Source: Octopus bimaculoides
Lineage: Eukaryota
Assembly: GCF_001194135.2 (NCBI RefSeq)
Contig: NC_069005.1
Location: forward strand, 1,456,105 to 1,520,104
Length of the DNA stretch: 64,000 nucleotides
Direction: 5' to 3'
The translations under genes and the position numbers were made by a program. Each line of letters starts with the position of its first letter. Positions within the stretch are counted from its first letter, which is position 1. Under the pieces are notes generated by a model, which saw only the letters and a program-made list of their open reading frames with translations, made no database searches and was not told the DNA's origin. Shown in pieces: positions 1 through 13,396 of the stretch.

Positions 1-167
1 CTTATCGGCTGCTGACACATCAATTAACACCTCCATTGACTCTTGTCAGCTGTTGCTAGTTCGTGTTCCGTACAGCAAGATATGTTACAACCACATACGT
101 TGTTCTGTGTGTGTGTGTGTGTATATACCCTTAGTGGGTTGAACCCCCAACCCTTAACTCTCTCACG

Positions 168-203
<36 letters not shown>

Positions 204-1149
204 TTTCTCTCTCTCTCTCTCTCTCTGTCANNNNNNNNNNCACACACACACACACACACTCACATACACACATCACACACACACACACTCACATACACAC
301 ATCACACACATACACACATCACACACATACACACATCACACACATACACACATCACACACATACACACACATAGATTTACATTTATACGCTCAATCAATC
401 GTAAAAGTACTTTTGGTACGATTAAAGTTTTTCCTAATATTTGTTAATTTGAGGAAGAGAGAGGCCATTAAGGTCATGTCCCATTAACTTCATGTCTCAT
501 TAAAACCATATTGCATTAAAACTATCCCGTTTAAATTGTATCCTATTAAAACTGTCCCATTAAAGTTATCTCCTATTGAGACCATATCCTCTTAGGTCTT
601 ACGGCCTTGCAAACACCCTCAAGGTGCAATGTGTTAGCAATTTCATACAATACAGGCCGATGTTTACAAAAAAAAAAAAAGAAAAAAAAGATGAGTTCAT
701 TTCAGGTGATCGGAATTCTGGAGGAGAAGGATCAATCGGCGACGAGACGAGGGATGAATGCATCGACCCCAGTGCACAATTGGTACTAATCTTATTGAAT
801 ACGAGAGGACAAAATGCAAAGAATCGGCCTAGGTGGAATTTGAACTCAGACAGAAAAGACGGATGAAATGCTACTTGGCATTTTGCCCGGCGTGCAAACC
901 GTTCTGCCAGCTCTCCGCTTTACATAAGTCTATAAATCATAGAATGTAAATATTGAGCTGAAAAATCTCCTTCGGATAGAAAAGGTCGAGGGCTGTTTCT
1001 GGGCTCCACAAGTTTCACCTATATTTACATACTATTTTGTATAGTTTTATGTGCATGCTTCGAGATACTACACCCACCTCTCCAAAAGAAATTAGTTTAT
1101 GTTCTCCCGAAGACTTATAAAATTCTTATGACGTCAATAATATATATAT

Positions 1150-1525
1150 AATCGGCTCCAGCATTCTATCGTTAGCAGGTGACAATTCCGCTACAATTCC
1201 GAAAACTAACATTTTCAATCTACCGCTCAGCCTGTTAAACTCCAAATCAAAGATGATTTCCGCATGTCCCCACCAAATCTGCAACAACTCCCTCAAAGTA
1301 TTAAAAGACAAAGGATTACCAATAGCGTTAAATGGACCATTGTAGGATCACCTCCAGCACATTGTATCAGTAGCAAATACCAACTCCGCTTTGCATAAAG
1401 AAAATTAACACCTCAAATCTAACAATAGCATTAAATGGACCATTATGGAATCGGCTCCTACACATCCTATCGGTAGCAAGTACCAACTCTGCTTAGCAGA
1501 AAAATTTAACATCCCAACTCTACCG
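1150..1525 (+). mobile_element. Tandemly repeated PLE GIY-YIG C-terminal fragments
   Basis: KWTIVGSPPAHCISSKYQLRFA and IKWTIMESAPTHPIGSKYQLCLAEKFNI match the PLE W.I...AP.Y...SK.C.LCL.EK pattern; 2-3 degenerate copies. Confidence 0.65.
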
Positions 1526-2184
1526 TTCAGATATATATATATATATATATATATANNNNNNNNNNNNNNNNNNNNNNNNNNNNNNNNNNNNNNNNNNNNN
1601 NNNNNNNNNNNNNNNNNNNNNNNNNNNNNNNNNNNNNNNNNNNNNNNNNNNNNNNNNNNNNNNNNNNNNNNNNNNNNNNNNNNNNNNNNNNNNNNNNNNN
1701 NNNNNNNNNNNNNNNNNNNNNNNNNNNNNGGCTCAACAGCCTTCACCGTTTGTTTTTACAGTCTTGTTCTCACTGTTTTGTTTTTACTGTTTTTATTGCT
1801 TTTACTGTCTTGTTCTCTCTGTCCTGTTCTTGTTAACACTTTCACTCTCCGCAAAAAATTCCAAATTTTATCTAATTTGCTTTACGGGAAGGACTGTTCC
1901 AACGAAGTCACGTATTGTCCTTGCCTTCGAAACGCGGAGTAGATGGAACAGGGACAACTGAAGAAGGCAAATGTTCTTTATGTTGCATGTCTCGTTTCTC
2001 TGTTTGTTTTTTTTTCGTTGTTCGAGAAAAGTTCGTTTTCTGTTTTCGTTTTTATGTTTTCGTTTCTCATTGTGTTCAACGTTTTTTTGTGATGTCCTGT
2101 GCCCATATATGCACGTATGTATACATATAGATGTAGGTACCTGCATATCTGTATGGATATATGCATATATCTATATTATTTATA

Positions 2185-2270
<86 letters not shown>

Positions 2271-2831
2271 NNNNNNNNNNNNNNNNNNNNNNNNNNNNNN
2301 NNNNNNNNNNNNNNNNNNNNNNNNNNNNNNNNNNNNNNNNNNNNNNNNNNNNNNNNNNNNNNNNNNNNNNNNNNNNNNNNNNNNNNNNNNNNNNNNNNNN
2401 NNNNNNNNNNNNNNNNNNNNNNNNNNNNNNNNNNNNNNNNNNNNNNNNNNNNNNNNNNNNNNNNNNNNNNNNNNNNNNNNNNNNNNNNNNNNNNNNNNNN
2501 NNNNNNNNNNNNNNNNNNNNNNNNNNNNNNNNNNNNNNNNNNNNNNNNNNNNNNNNNNNNNNNNNNNNNNNNNNNNNNNNNNNNNNNNNNNNNNNNNNNN
2601 NNNNNNNNNNNNNNNNNNNNNNNNNNNNNNNNNNNNNNNNNNNNNNNNNNNNNNNNNNNNNNNNNNNNNNNNNNNNNNNNNNNNNNNNNNNNNNNNNNNN
2701 NNNNNNNNNNNNNNNNNNNNNNNNNNNNNNNNNNNNNNNNNNNNNNNNNNNNNNNNNNNNNNNNNNNNNNNNNNNNNNNNNNNNNNNNNNNNNNNNNNNN
2801 NNNNNNNNNNNNNNNNNNNNNNNNNNNNNNN

Positions 2832-2899
<68 letters not shown>

Positions 2900-3697
2900 C
2901 CGACGATGAATGTCCAGAATAACACGAGAATAATGTATAAAAAAGAAAGCAATGGTTTCGCAGATGTTCCCTAATTTCATAAAAAATTTTACATCTCAGC
3001 TGTTTCAACGATTAAAGTAGAAACAACATTAATCATATAATTACTTAATTAATATAGAAAAAAACATATTTAATTAGTTGAAAATGCGACAAATCCTTTA
3101 TTCAGAAAATATAATTGAAACATTTAAATCAAAACACCTTTTTTGTTATGAATATGACATAAAAGAGATGGAGAGAGAACATACATATGCCTGTGTATAT
3201 ATGTGTATATATGTGTGCATTGTGTTTGTTTGTGTATATATAGACGATGCTGTATAGTTACGTATGTCTGTTCTTTTATTCGTTTACTTGTTTCGGTCAT
3301 CTGAACCCAGTCATCGAACCCAGGACTTATTCTTTGTAAGCCTAGTACTTATTCCATCGGTCTGTTATTATATCAGGCATCGGTTGTCAAGCGATGTTGG
3401 GGGGGGGGGTCACAAATTAACACACAAACACACACACACATGCATNNNNNNNNNNNNNNNNNNNNNNNNNNNNNNNNNNNNNNNNNNNNNNNNNNNNNNN
3501 NNNNNNNNNNNNNNNNNNNNNNNNNNNNNNNNNNNNNNNNNNNNNNNNNNNNNNNNNNNNNNNNNNNNNNNNNNNNNNNNNNNNNNNNNNNNNNNNNNNN
3601 NNNNNNNNNNNNNNNNNNNNNNNNNNNNNNNNNNNNNNNNNNNNNNNNNNNNNNNNNNNNNNNNNNNNNNNNNNNNNNNNNNNNNNNNNNNNNNNNN

Positions 3698-3747
<50 letters not shown>

Positions 3748-3862
3748 GCATACATACACATATGTATATACATACATACATACTTAGACTCACACACATA
3801 TACATAGACTTATATAAATACTTGTGTATATGTATGTATGCATGTATGCATGTATGTATGTA

Positions 3863-3896
<34 letters not shown>

Positions 3897-4408
3897 CATA
3901 TATATATGTGTATGTGTGTGTGTGACCATATATCTCAAGAATGTAAGAACTTGGTATATTTGGACAGCTGGTGTGTGTGTGCGCGCACGCGTGTGTGTGT
4001 GTGCGTGTGTGTGTGTGCATGTGTGTGTGTGTGTGCGTGCGTGCATGCGTGTATGCGTGCGTGCCTGCGTGCGTGTGTGCGGCGTGTGCGCCCAGCTGCG
4101 TGTCTACTGAGCCCTATAGGTAGCCATTGATCCCCAGTCACTCGTCCTCATCAGATCTCTTTCGATCCAGTTCGACTTATTGATTTTATAACATGCAGTC
4201 ATTAACAAAACCAGGCAAGCTGTCAGCCAGCAATGAACCGACGGCCCCACTGGAAGGAACAGGTGAGGGGGGGGGTCCTCGTGAGACGCAAAATGCACTA
4301 AATATGTCCACCTGTTGGGAGATGGGCGGACCCTGCAAAAATGATGAACTCTTGCGGGGCTGGGGTGGAAATGCATTGGAGTAAAACGATAATGTCTCCC
4401 AGACTGGA

Positions 4409-4473
<65 letters not shown>

Positions 4474-4665
4474 GGAACAAATGTTTATCAATATCTATCT
4501 ATCCAAGTATGTATGTATCCATATCCATCTATTTAACTAGTTAGCTCTCTCGCTCTCTTATTCTCTCTCTCTTTTCCTCTCTCTCTCTCTTTATGTATGT
4601 ATGTGTCTGTCTGCCTGCCTGCCTACCTGCCAGTCTGTCTGTCTGTCTGTCTGCCTGCCTGTCTG

Positions 4666-4709
<44 letters not shown>

Positions 4710-4763
4710 AGAAATATATATATATAAATATGTATGTATGTATACGTAACTGAGACTTCCAAT

Positions 4764-4815
<52 letters not shown>

Positions 4816-4966
4816 TGTGTCTGTGTTTGTCCCCCAACATCGCTTGACAACCGATGCTGGTGTGTTTATCGACCCCGAAAGGATGAAAGGCAAAGTCGAC
4901 CTCGGCGGAATTTGAACTCAGAACATAAAGACAGACGAATGATCGATGATTATTATTTGGAATTAA

Positions 4967-5190
4967 GGTGGTGAGCTGGCTGAATCGTTAACGTGCCGGA
5001 AAAAGTGTTAGCAGCATTTCTTGCGACTCTTGGTTCTGAGATCAAATGCCGCAGGGGTCAAACTTTGTCTTTCATCCTCTCGGGGTCGATAAATTAAGTA
5101 CCAGTTGAGCGCAGGGGTTGATATAATCGACTTTGCCCCTCTCCCGAAATTGCTGGCCTTGTGCCAAAATTTGAAATCATTATTATTATT
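4967..5190 (+). mobile_element. tRNA-headed SINE family A; related copies at about 700-920(-), 4860-4935(-), 13050-13225(-), 17930-18115(-), 27630-27815(+), 50830-50990(-), 54985-55585(-)
   Basis: Head GGTGAGCTGGC.GAATCGTTA..GTTCTGAG.TCAAAT.CCGC and central CTTTCATCCT.TCGGGGTCGATAAA.TAAGTACCAG recur in all copies. The central block resembles the Meta/MESC SINE domain as I recall it (unverified). Confidence 0.8.
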
Positions 5191-6140
5191 TGGAAAATTC
5201 GAAGTTCCACATCAGCGTAAAGACAGAAGTTTAGTTGCCAAAGAATGTGAAAACTAATTAAAACAACGATATTGACAGACTGGGCCGCGAAAGGTGAGAA
5301 TGTAGTCATCTTTGGAATTCCAATTATTTCCAAAGACACCTCATTTAAATATAAAAGGGTTAAAAGTTAGAGATGACAGGGGTTGTGACCGGAGAATTCT
5401 TGCCTTTCCCACGACCGATTGTCTGTCGTCGCAATTTCACGAATCTGAACAGAAAATCACTTTAGTTTCTCCAGAAGGAACCAAACACAGAGAACATTGT
5501 TTAGTATCACGCATTTTTGGGACATTCACTCACAACGCACACACATATGTTTATTGTTATACATGAGTATGTAAGGGTGTGGAGGCGCAATAGCCCAGTG
5601 GTTAGGGCAGCGGGGAGAATCTACGTTAAGAGTACACGTGTCTGTGGAGTACTCACCCACTTGCACATTAATTTCATGAGCAGGCTGTTTCGTTGATTGG
5701 ATCATCTGGAACCCTCGTCGTCGTAACCGACGGAGTGCCACGACGATATGAGTGTACACACGCACACACACGTATCTATATGTATATACATATGCATTGA
5801 TGAGTGTATATACACATACACACACATGTATGTATATGCATATGCGTATATGAGTGTATGAATATTTATGTATGTACGTACGAGTGTATGTATGTATAAT
5901 GCACGCGCGTATGAAGTATTTCAATGCTAACATCGAATTAAACTTTCGAAATACGCTCCTGCTAGCATACCAAATGTATACATGCGATGAGGTTCTTCAA
6001 CCTCCCGGCATAGTTACGTTTCTGTAACATTATCTTATTGGAAACTTAGAAAGAACTGACCCCTCTCCCCGCCACAAATATATTTATATACACGCAAACA
6101 CATTCATACGCGCATACAGATTCACACACACACACACACA

Positions 6141-6172
<32 letters not shown>

Positions 6173-6465
6173 CACACACACATTTTCTTTTATTTCTTTT
6201 ACTTGTTTCAGTCATTTGATTGCAGCCATGATGGAGCACTGTCTTAAAGGGCTTTAGTCAAGGAAATCAACCCCAAGACTTATTCTTTGTACGCCTAGTA
6301 CTGATTCTATCGGTTCCTTTAGCCGAACCGCTAAGTTATTGAGACGTAAACACACCAACATCGGTTGTTAAGCGATGGTGGGTGGACGAACACAAATCCA
6401 AAGACACACAAACATAAATATATACATACAACGAGTTTCTTTCTTGGATACGAGATTTGCCAACT

Positions 6466-6686
6466 GTATGTATGTGTGTATGTATGTATGTATGCATACA
6501 TCTACGTATGTATGTACGTATATATGTATGTATGCATGTGTGTACGTATGTATGCATGTGTGTACATATGCATGTATGTATGTATGTATGTATGTATGCA
6601 TGCATTTACGTATATGTGTATGCATGCATGCATGTATGTATGTATGTATGTATGTGCGTACGTATGTATGTATGTGTGTGTATGTA

Positions 6687-6717
<31 letters not shown>

Positions 6718-6755
6718 ATGTATGTATGTATGTGTGTGTGTATGTATGTGTGTAT
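6466..6755. repeat. Compound (TGTA)n/(TG)n microsatellite field, representative of dozens of (TA)n, (CA)n, (CT)n and (TATC)n tracts in the window
   Basis: Direct reading; most N gaps are flanked by such tracts. Confidence 0.95.
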
Positions 6756-7020
6756 ACAGCAAATGTCCGTCTCTGATTCTACTGGTAACTCTACCACATC
6801 AGTACTTGACATATTTTTAATTAATGTTTTTGAAAACGAAGGAAAAGAGCCAAAAAAAAAAAAATGGTGAAAATGAAAAACACGAAAATCAGGTTTACTC
6901 GCCAAACTTGTTTTTGTTTACAACAACAAACAACAACAACAACAACAAAGGAAGTGATTAAAAATAGTGAAAAACACATCCGAGAGTACAATAGTGTCTC
7001 TCGAGACAATCCTACAAAGT

Positions 7021-7022
<2 letters not shown>

Positions 7023-7109
<87 letters not shown>
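7023..7109. repeat. (ATT)n microsatellite, about 29 units
   Basis: Perfect trinucleotide run. Confidence 0.98.
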
Positions 7110-7112
<3 letters not shown>

Positions 7113-7689
7113 ACACGTCGCACCAAAATTCATTCTTGGTGGACCCTTCCCATTTTTCTTCAATGTAAATTTTAACAGTTATATTTCCTGTGATTTTGTT
7201 TTTTTCCTTTAGCTTTTAACAAAATCAAAACAATTCATCGTCTTGTTCTTTTCTTTTTTTTATTATTATTTCATTTAATTTTATATTTTTCTTATCTTTT
7301 TTTTTCAATCCGCTTCTTTTTTTTTTCATTTAAGAATTTATTTATTTATTTTAACCTCTGGCGTTTTTGTCCTTTGTCATTGTTTATTTGGAGAGTTAAC
7401 ACCCAGAAATACATACATTAACATGAAAAGTAGATTGTCAAACTGATCAAAAATTCTTTTCAAACGCTTTAAAGTGTCGGCTTTTATTTATTTATCTATT
7501 TATTTATTTACTTATTTACTTATTTACTTATTCATTCATTCATTTGTCACAGCAATGGTATTGTTAAACGTAGCAAGCAAGAAGGAAGGCGGTCGAGTGG
7601 ATTTACCGTTAACTGTTGTTAGCGATTTTAATAAAGATTGCAGTCAAAAAGAAATCGATACATAATGTACTTCTTACTGATTGCGTCGT

Positions 7690-8510
7690 TAAAAATAAAG
7701 AATGAAGAAAACACAGAATACAGGTTTATCCCAAAGATGGCCTGGAAGGAACTAAACAGACGATATGGGTACCGTCAGGTGTGGGGGACACGCGCCCATG
7801 CAGCGCGTAGTTGTATTCACCCTTTGTCAGTATATTTCTTGCTGCTCCTGTGCGACCTGTCGGGTAAAGTACCAGTTTGTCCCCATCTCCGCAAGATACT
7901 TTTTCATCTGCATTATCGATAGGAACTTCCCACCTGGTCATAAATACCATTCTATATTTAATGGATCCTGTCTTAAATTATCTTGTTCTACCACATCCAA
8001 TCTTGGATCTATCATCGCAGCCAATAATAGACTTAAACTTAGAAATAACGAAACCATTAGAGATAACTTAGCTGACCTTAACACGAAGAACAATAATAAG
8101 GACTTGGATGTTAAAAATAGTAAGACTAAACCCGGAAACAAAATAAAAATATGTAATTGTCGTAATAGGGAATTTTGTTCCCTTAAAGGCTTCTGTTTAG
8201 GGAGAAATACCGTTTATAAAGTCGAAGTCTCAACCCTAAATGAACCTAAAAATATTTACATAGGTAGTACAAATGACTTTAAAAGTAGATATAGGGCGCG
8301 GATAAACTCTTTCACTAACCACGAAATAAAAAAACTCAATCACACAAGCAACCTACATCAATAAATTAAAAACGAACCATAAAGGATTCAGTCTAAATTG
8401 GTCTACAATAAGGGAAGCCACACCATATAATATATACACGAAGAATTACGATTTATGCAGGAAGGAAGCGATCCACAGAATCCGAGCCAACAAATATCTT
8501 TCAACGTTTA
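7690..8510 (+). mobile_element. Penelope-like element (PLE) 3' fragment: RT thumb/linker and GIY-YIG endonuclease
   Basis: HKYHSIFNGSCLKLSCSTTSNLGSIIAANN; CNCRNREFCSLKGFCLGRNTVYKVEV; IYIGSTNDFKSRY..INSF; then LNWSTIREATPYN...DLCRKE - the PLE-type GIY-YIG pattern. Confidence 0.88.
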
Positions 8511-9138
8511 AATTTTTCACCCAAAATAATTAAGCAGTAGGATTCTAATTTAGCCTTACTTCATATTATGGACTCTTCTAAAATTTTATATTATATATAT
8601 AGCGTCGTAATACGCTTTAGCCTTTTAACATCTTATACCCGATGCGAATGGTCCAATAAAACATTTGATTTTTAAAAATTATTTAATCCACCATTTCTTT
8701 TAAAGTTTTAACCTTGTGAATCTATTAACTCTGACGAGAGAAATACAGAGTATTACTATGGTTGGAGTTAGCTCGCCCATAGCAACCTACATCTTTTTGA
8801 AACAGCCATAGACTTTATACATGTTCCAGACTCCTTATGAATCATCTTACATTCGCTTTATCCTCCTCTTCGTTGATTCAAATTCGAACACTCGGACTTC
8901 GCAAGTACATTTATGGATTTATATTTTTATATATTTATATTTATGAATTTAATGTGTTTATAAATTTTTATATGTCTATGAATTTTTATATATTTGTTAA
9001 TTTTTGTCTATATGTATTTATAAATTCTTATAAATTTTTTATATATCATATAGAAGAATGCATCTATGTATGTTGAGAGAATAAAAAAAAATTATAGAGT
9101 TAGCAGTCAACATACATGCATATATACATATATACATC

Positions 9139-9890
9139 ATCATCATCATCATCATCGTTTAACGTCCGCTTTCCATGCTAGCATGGGTTGAACGATTTGA
9201 CTGAGGACTGGTAAAACCGGATGGCAACACCAGGCTCCAGTCTGATTTGGCAGAGTTTCTACAGCTGGATGCCCTTCCTAATGCCAACCACTCCGGGAGT
9301 GTAGTGGGTGCTTTTACATGCCACCGGCACGAAGGCCAGTCAGGCGGTACTGGCAACGGCCACGCTCAAAATCGTGTATTTTATGTGCCACCTGCACAGG
9401 AGCCAGTCCGGTGGCACTGGCAACGACCTCGCTCGAATGTCTTTTCACGTTCCACTGGCACAAGTGCCAGGAAGGCGACGCTGATAACAATTACGCTCAA
9501 ACGGTGCTATTTACGTGCCACTGTCACGGAAGCCAGACAGCTGCTCTGGCAACGATCGCACTCAGACGGTGCTCTTAGCGTTCCACTGGTACAGGTGCCA
9601 TCACGATTTCGCTTTCATTTGCCCCAACAGGTCTTCGCAAGCCGAGTTCAGTGTCCAATGAAGGAGACGTTAGCATGGGTGTCAATCGTCGAATTTAGTT
9701 CGATTTCGATTTCACTTGCCTCAACAGGTCTTCGCAAGCGGAGTTTAGTGTCCAATGAAGGAAAGGTACGCATAAGTGGGCTGGCTACACCCCTTGGATT
9801 ATAGTCTCACTTGGCTTGCCGGGTCTTCTCATGCACAGCATATTTCCAAAGGTCTCGGTCACAAGATTACCATCGAATTTGAATCAGACT
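9139..9890 (-). mobile_element. RTE-like LINE 3' end with a long, internally repeated 3' UTR and (GAT)n tail
   Basis: DRDLWKYAVHEKTRQAK* at about 9800-9865, then tandem subrepeats, then the GGAAGGGCATCCAGCTGTAGAAAC...GGACGTTAAACGATGATG end seen in many copies in the window. Confidence 0.7.
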
Positions 9891-12399
9891 GTTTTGATAT
9901 ATATNNNNNNNNNNNNNNNNNNNNNNNNNNNNNNNNNNNNNNNNNNNNNNNNNNNNNNNNNNNNNNNNNNNNNNNNNNNNNNNNNNNNNNNNNNNNNNNN
10001 NNNNNNNNNNNNNNNNNNNNNNNNNNNNNNNNNNNNNNNNNNNNNNNNNNNNNNNNNNNNNNNNNNNNNNNNNNNNNNNNNNNNNNNNNNNNNNNNNNNN
10101 NNNNNNNNNNNNNNNNNNNNNNNNNNNNNNNNNNNNNNNNNNNNNNNNNNNNNNNNNNNNNNNNNNNNNNNNNNNNNNNNNNNNNNNNNGACACCACCTC
10201 AGTTCCTTTATTGTTTGAACAAAGCTATTTTTATTTGAAGGCCAAGCAATTAATCTGAGTAGTTCGATTTCCAAGTTCACACAATGCAGATTTGATTGGC
10301 CAATAAACTGCGAAATCGTTCACAATCACTCATACTTACTCATTTATTTTTATATAGTTGTTAATCAGAAACGCACCAGTCGTTTGGAATGAAAAAGATG
10401 GAAACGTTATGGCTTTTACATATTTAACGAGTGGAACATGAAATTAAAAAAAAAAATTACTAGAAATATATTAGTCATTGACTGGTGCCAATATCTGACA
10501 GCAATAACTCCATTGTTTTTTTTTTTTTTTGCGGATGTCTTTGAAGTATTTAATATCTTAACAATAATACATAAAAAAAATATATAGCTTTTACTTTTAT
10601 TTAATCACTCTTTCATAACGACTTGGTAAATGAACGTTATATTACACTGATGAGATTGCAATAGGATGAAAAGCGTCTGCTGTTGTCTCCCTTACTTTCC
10701 GAACAAATGAAAACAAAAGCAAGTTATTGGCACTTATCCTACTCGCTTCTTTTGCCGAAACGCTAAGCTAAGGGGACATAAACAAACCTAATACCACTTA
10801 TCGAACGATGGGTGGAAGGTCACACACACACACATACACGATGAGCTTCCGCACAGTTTTACACCGAAGCCATTTGTCAATTCGAGACAATAGAAGGAAG
10901 CACTTGGTCAAAGTACGGCGCTGTGGGATTGAACTTCGTGCTCCGAGAAGCGAACTTAACCGTTCAACCAGAGTAGCGTCGAATTGATCATGCCCGAGGA
11001 ACCATTCGAAAATGGCACCTTTTTTTGAAATGGCACCTTTTTTTTCAGTCTAAGGACTGAAAGAAGTAAAAGATAAAAGATCTATCTATCTTTATTCCTT
11101 TCTTTCTTTCTATTTGTGTGTGATGTATGTGCGCATATGAGTATATGTGTGCATGTGTGTGTGTGTGTGTGTTTCTGTTTGTCCCCCACCACCGCTTGAC
11201 AGCGGGTGTTGATTTGTTTCCGTTCTCGTAACCTTGCGGATCGGCAAAAGATAACGATAGAGTAAGTATTAAACTTAGAAGTAAGTACTGAGGTGGGTTT
11301 GTTGACTAAGTACTTCAATGCGGTGCCCCAGCATGACCGTAGTTCAATAACAGAATCATCATGTAAAAGATAGAAAGGTAGTTTTCAAGAGAATACACAC
11401 AGATCTTAGAATTCTGTAAGATTTTCCGTTGGGTGTCTTTTCCTTAAAGAAGTTAGCTCAGAACTACGAGTGAATGAAACGAGTGATGGACTTCTACATG
11501 ACTGCTCCTATTTCTGTGACCACCCTTAGTTCGCCAACATAGTTTTATCCGTTATCTTTTAAGTGTTGTGCTAGGAAGTGCCGTAGACCGGATACGAACC
11601 TCTGGCTCCATGACAAGTTATTTTTTTGTATCGTATCCCTTATTGACTCGGCCATCCATTCATTAAGTCAATCAAACAGATATCACCTCATATTCTTTCC
11701 TTACCAACCTTCTTCCTATACTTTTTCTTTCCTTCAGTCTTTTCTTTCATTATTGGTATCTTTTTGTAAGTCTTTTTTTTAAGGTACAAAACGGCAGATT
11801 TTCGCAAAAAGCCGTCAAGTGTACTCAATGACCCGGCGTGGAGTTTTGTCTGGTTTTTGTTGATATTCCGGATTGGTAGCAAGATTCATTGTGCTCAAGC
11901 TGAACATAAAGTCACTTTGTTCTTTGTTATAGAAACCACTGACACTTCTGCTCTCAGGTATATTCGTCCCTCTTTCCAAATTATACATTATATATTAGAT
12001 TAATATGTACAAATAGATTGAAAGGACATAGAGAAAAAAGTATACACAATAGTGTGAGATTCGAAGCCTTATGACAAGCTTTCTGTCGGAAAAACTCTCC
12101 CGAATTCCTCTTCCTGTTCCTTCCTCTTTGTCTCTTGCATAATCAATTAATAGGCCTGGGTGCTTAAGTTCTTCCACGATCCAGCAGAAGGCAATGATCT
12201 TATTATGGTGGATATCAATGAAGCCAAATTCCCTTTTAATATGTGATGAAGTGCAAAGAGCTATCATAAAGATTTGTCCCAGAGACTTATGAATACGTAA
12301 ATGGATCGCAAGGTCTCCCAGTGCTGTCTTAAGGCACAGACGTCCTTGGCAGTTACTCGGGGTCTCAAGAGTCTTGAAGCCCAATTCTGATTTATGTAT

Positions 12400-12439
<40 letters not shown>

Positions 12440-13364
12440 TTGTACATTTGTGTTCATTTTCTGAATATATTTAGTTATCTTAATTGATTGGAAGTGTTAT
12501 CATGTACATTGTTTTGTCTTGGTATAAAAGATGGGTTACAGCAAATATTCTGTTCAATACCACAGATTTGCTGGTCATTTGCTTGACCTTAACCAGTTGA
12601 GCATGTCTCTTAGCGGCTGATATGTGCATCTGTGATCACAAGCAGAAGTAGTAGGGGAGCATCATAGCCATGTGTTGAGAAGAATTCTTTGGGGTTTGGA
12701 TAATTCACCTCTGGAAACATGGGAGTTTCGTTCGACATCCTTAAACAATCTTCATTCAAGGATCTTTTAAGCGGTATGAGAGATACTCGACCAGAAGAAA
12801 ATTCTAACTCGGCCCCCCACCTGCAACTTCATACGCTGTTTATCTTGATATGAGATCACCATGTCGTGCACATGTGGTTGTGATGCATGTGCCTGATGTA
12901 CCCTTATCAGACGGGTAGTCATGATGGGTATAATGGGCTTCGTATATTTGTACCCCAGCATCACTTTGACGGCATGCATTGCTCGCCCACTCAGTAATAA
13001 TGATAATTCTTTCTACTATAGGCACAAGGCCTGAAATTTTGGAGGATGGGGAAAGTTGATCACATCGACCCCAGTATTTGACTGGTACTTAGTTTATCAA
13101 CCTCGAAAGGATGAAATGTAAAGTCGACCTCTGCGGAATTTGAACTCAGAACGTAAAGCCGGAATAGACGCCGCTAAGCATTTCGTCCGGCATGTTAACG
13201 ATTCTGCCAGCTCCCCGCCTTAAACCCAGCTCGCCATATTGGTGTGGTTTTATTCAGGTGGGCTATTTCCTGCATTCAAGACATCTCTAAGCTATCGAAT
13301 GCTTTCCGATAAATAAAGGCACTGTTTGCTAACTTGTCTTGTTCCATGTCCCTCTTCATCTCTC

Positions 13365-13396
<32 letters not shown>

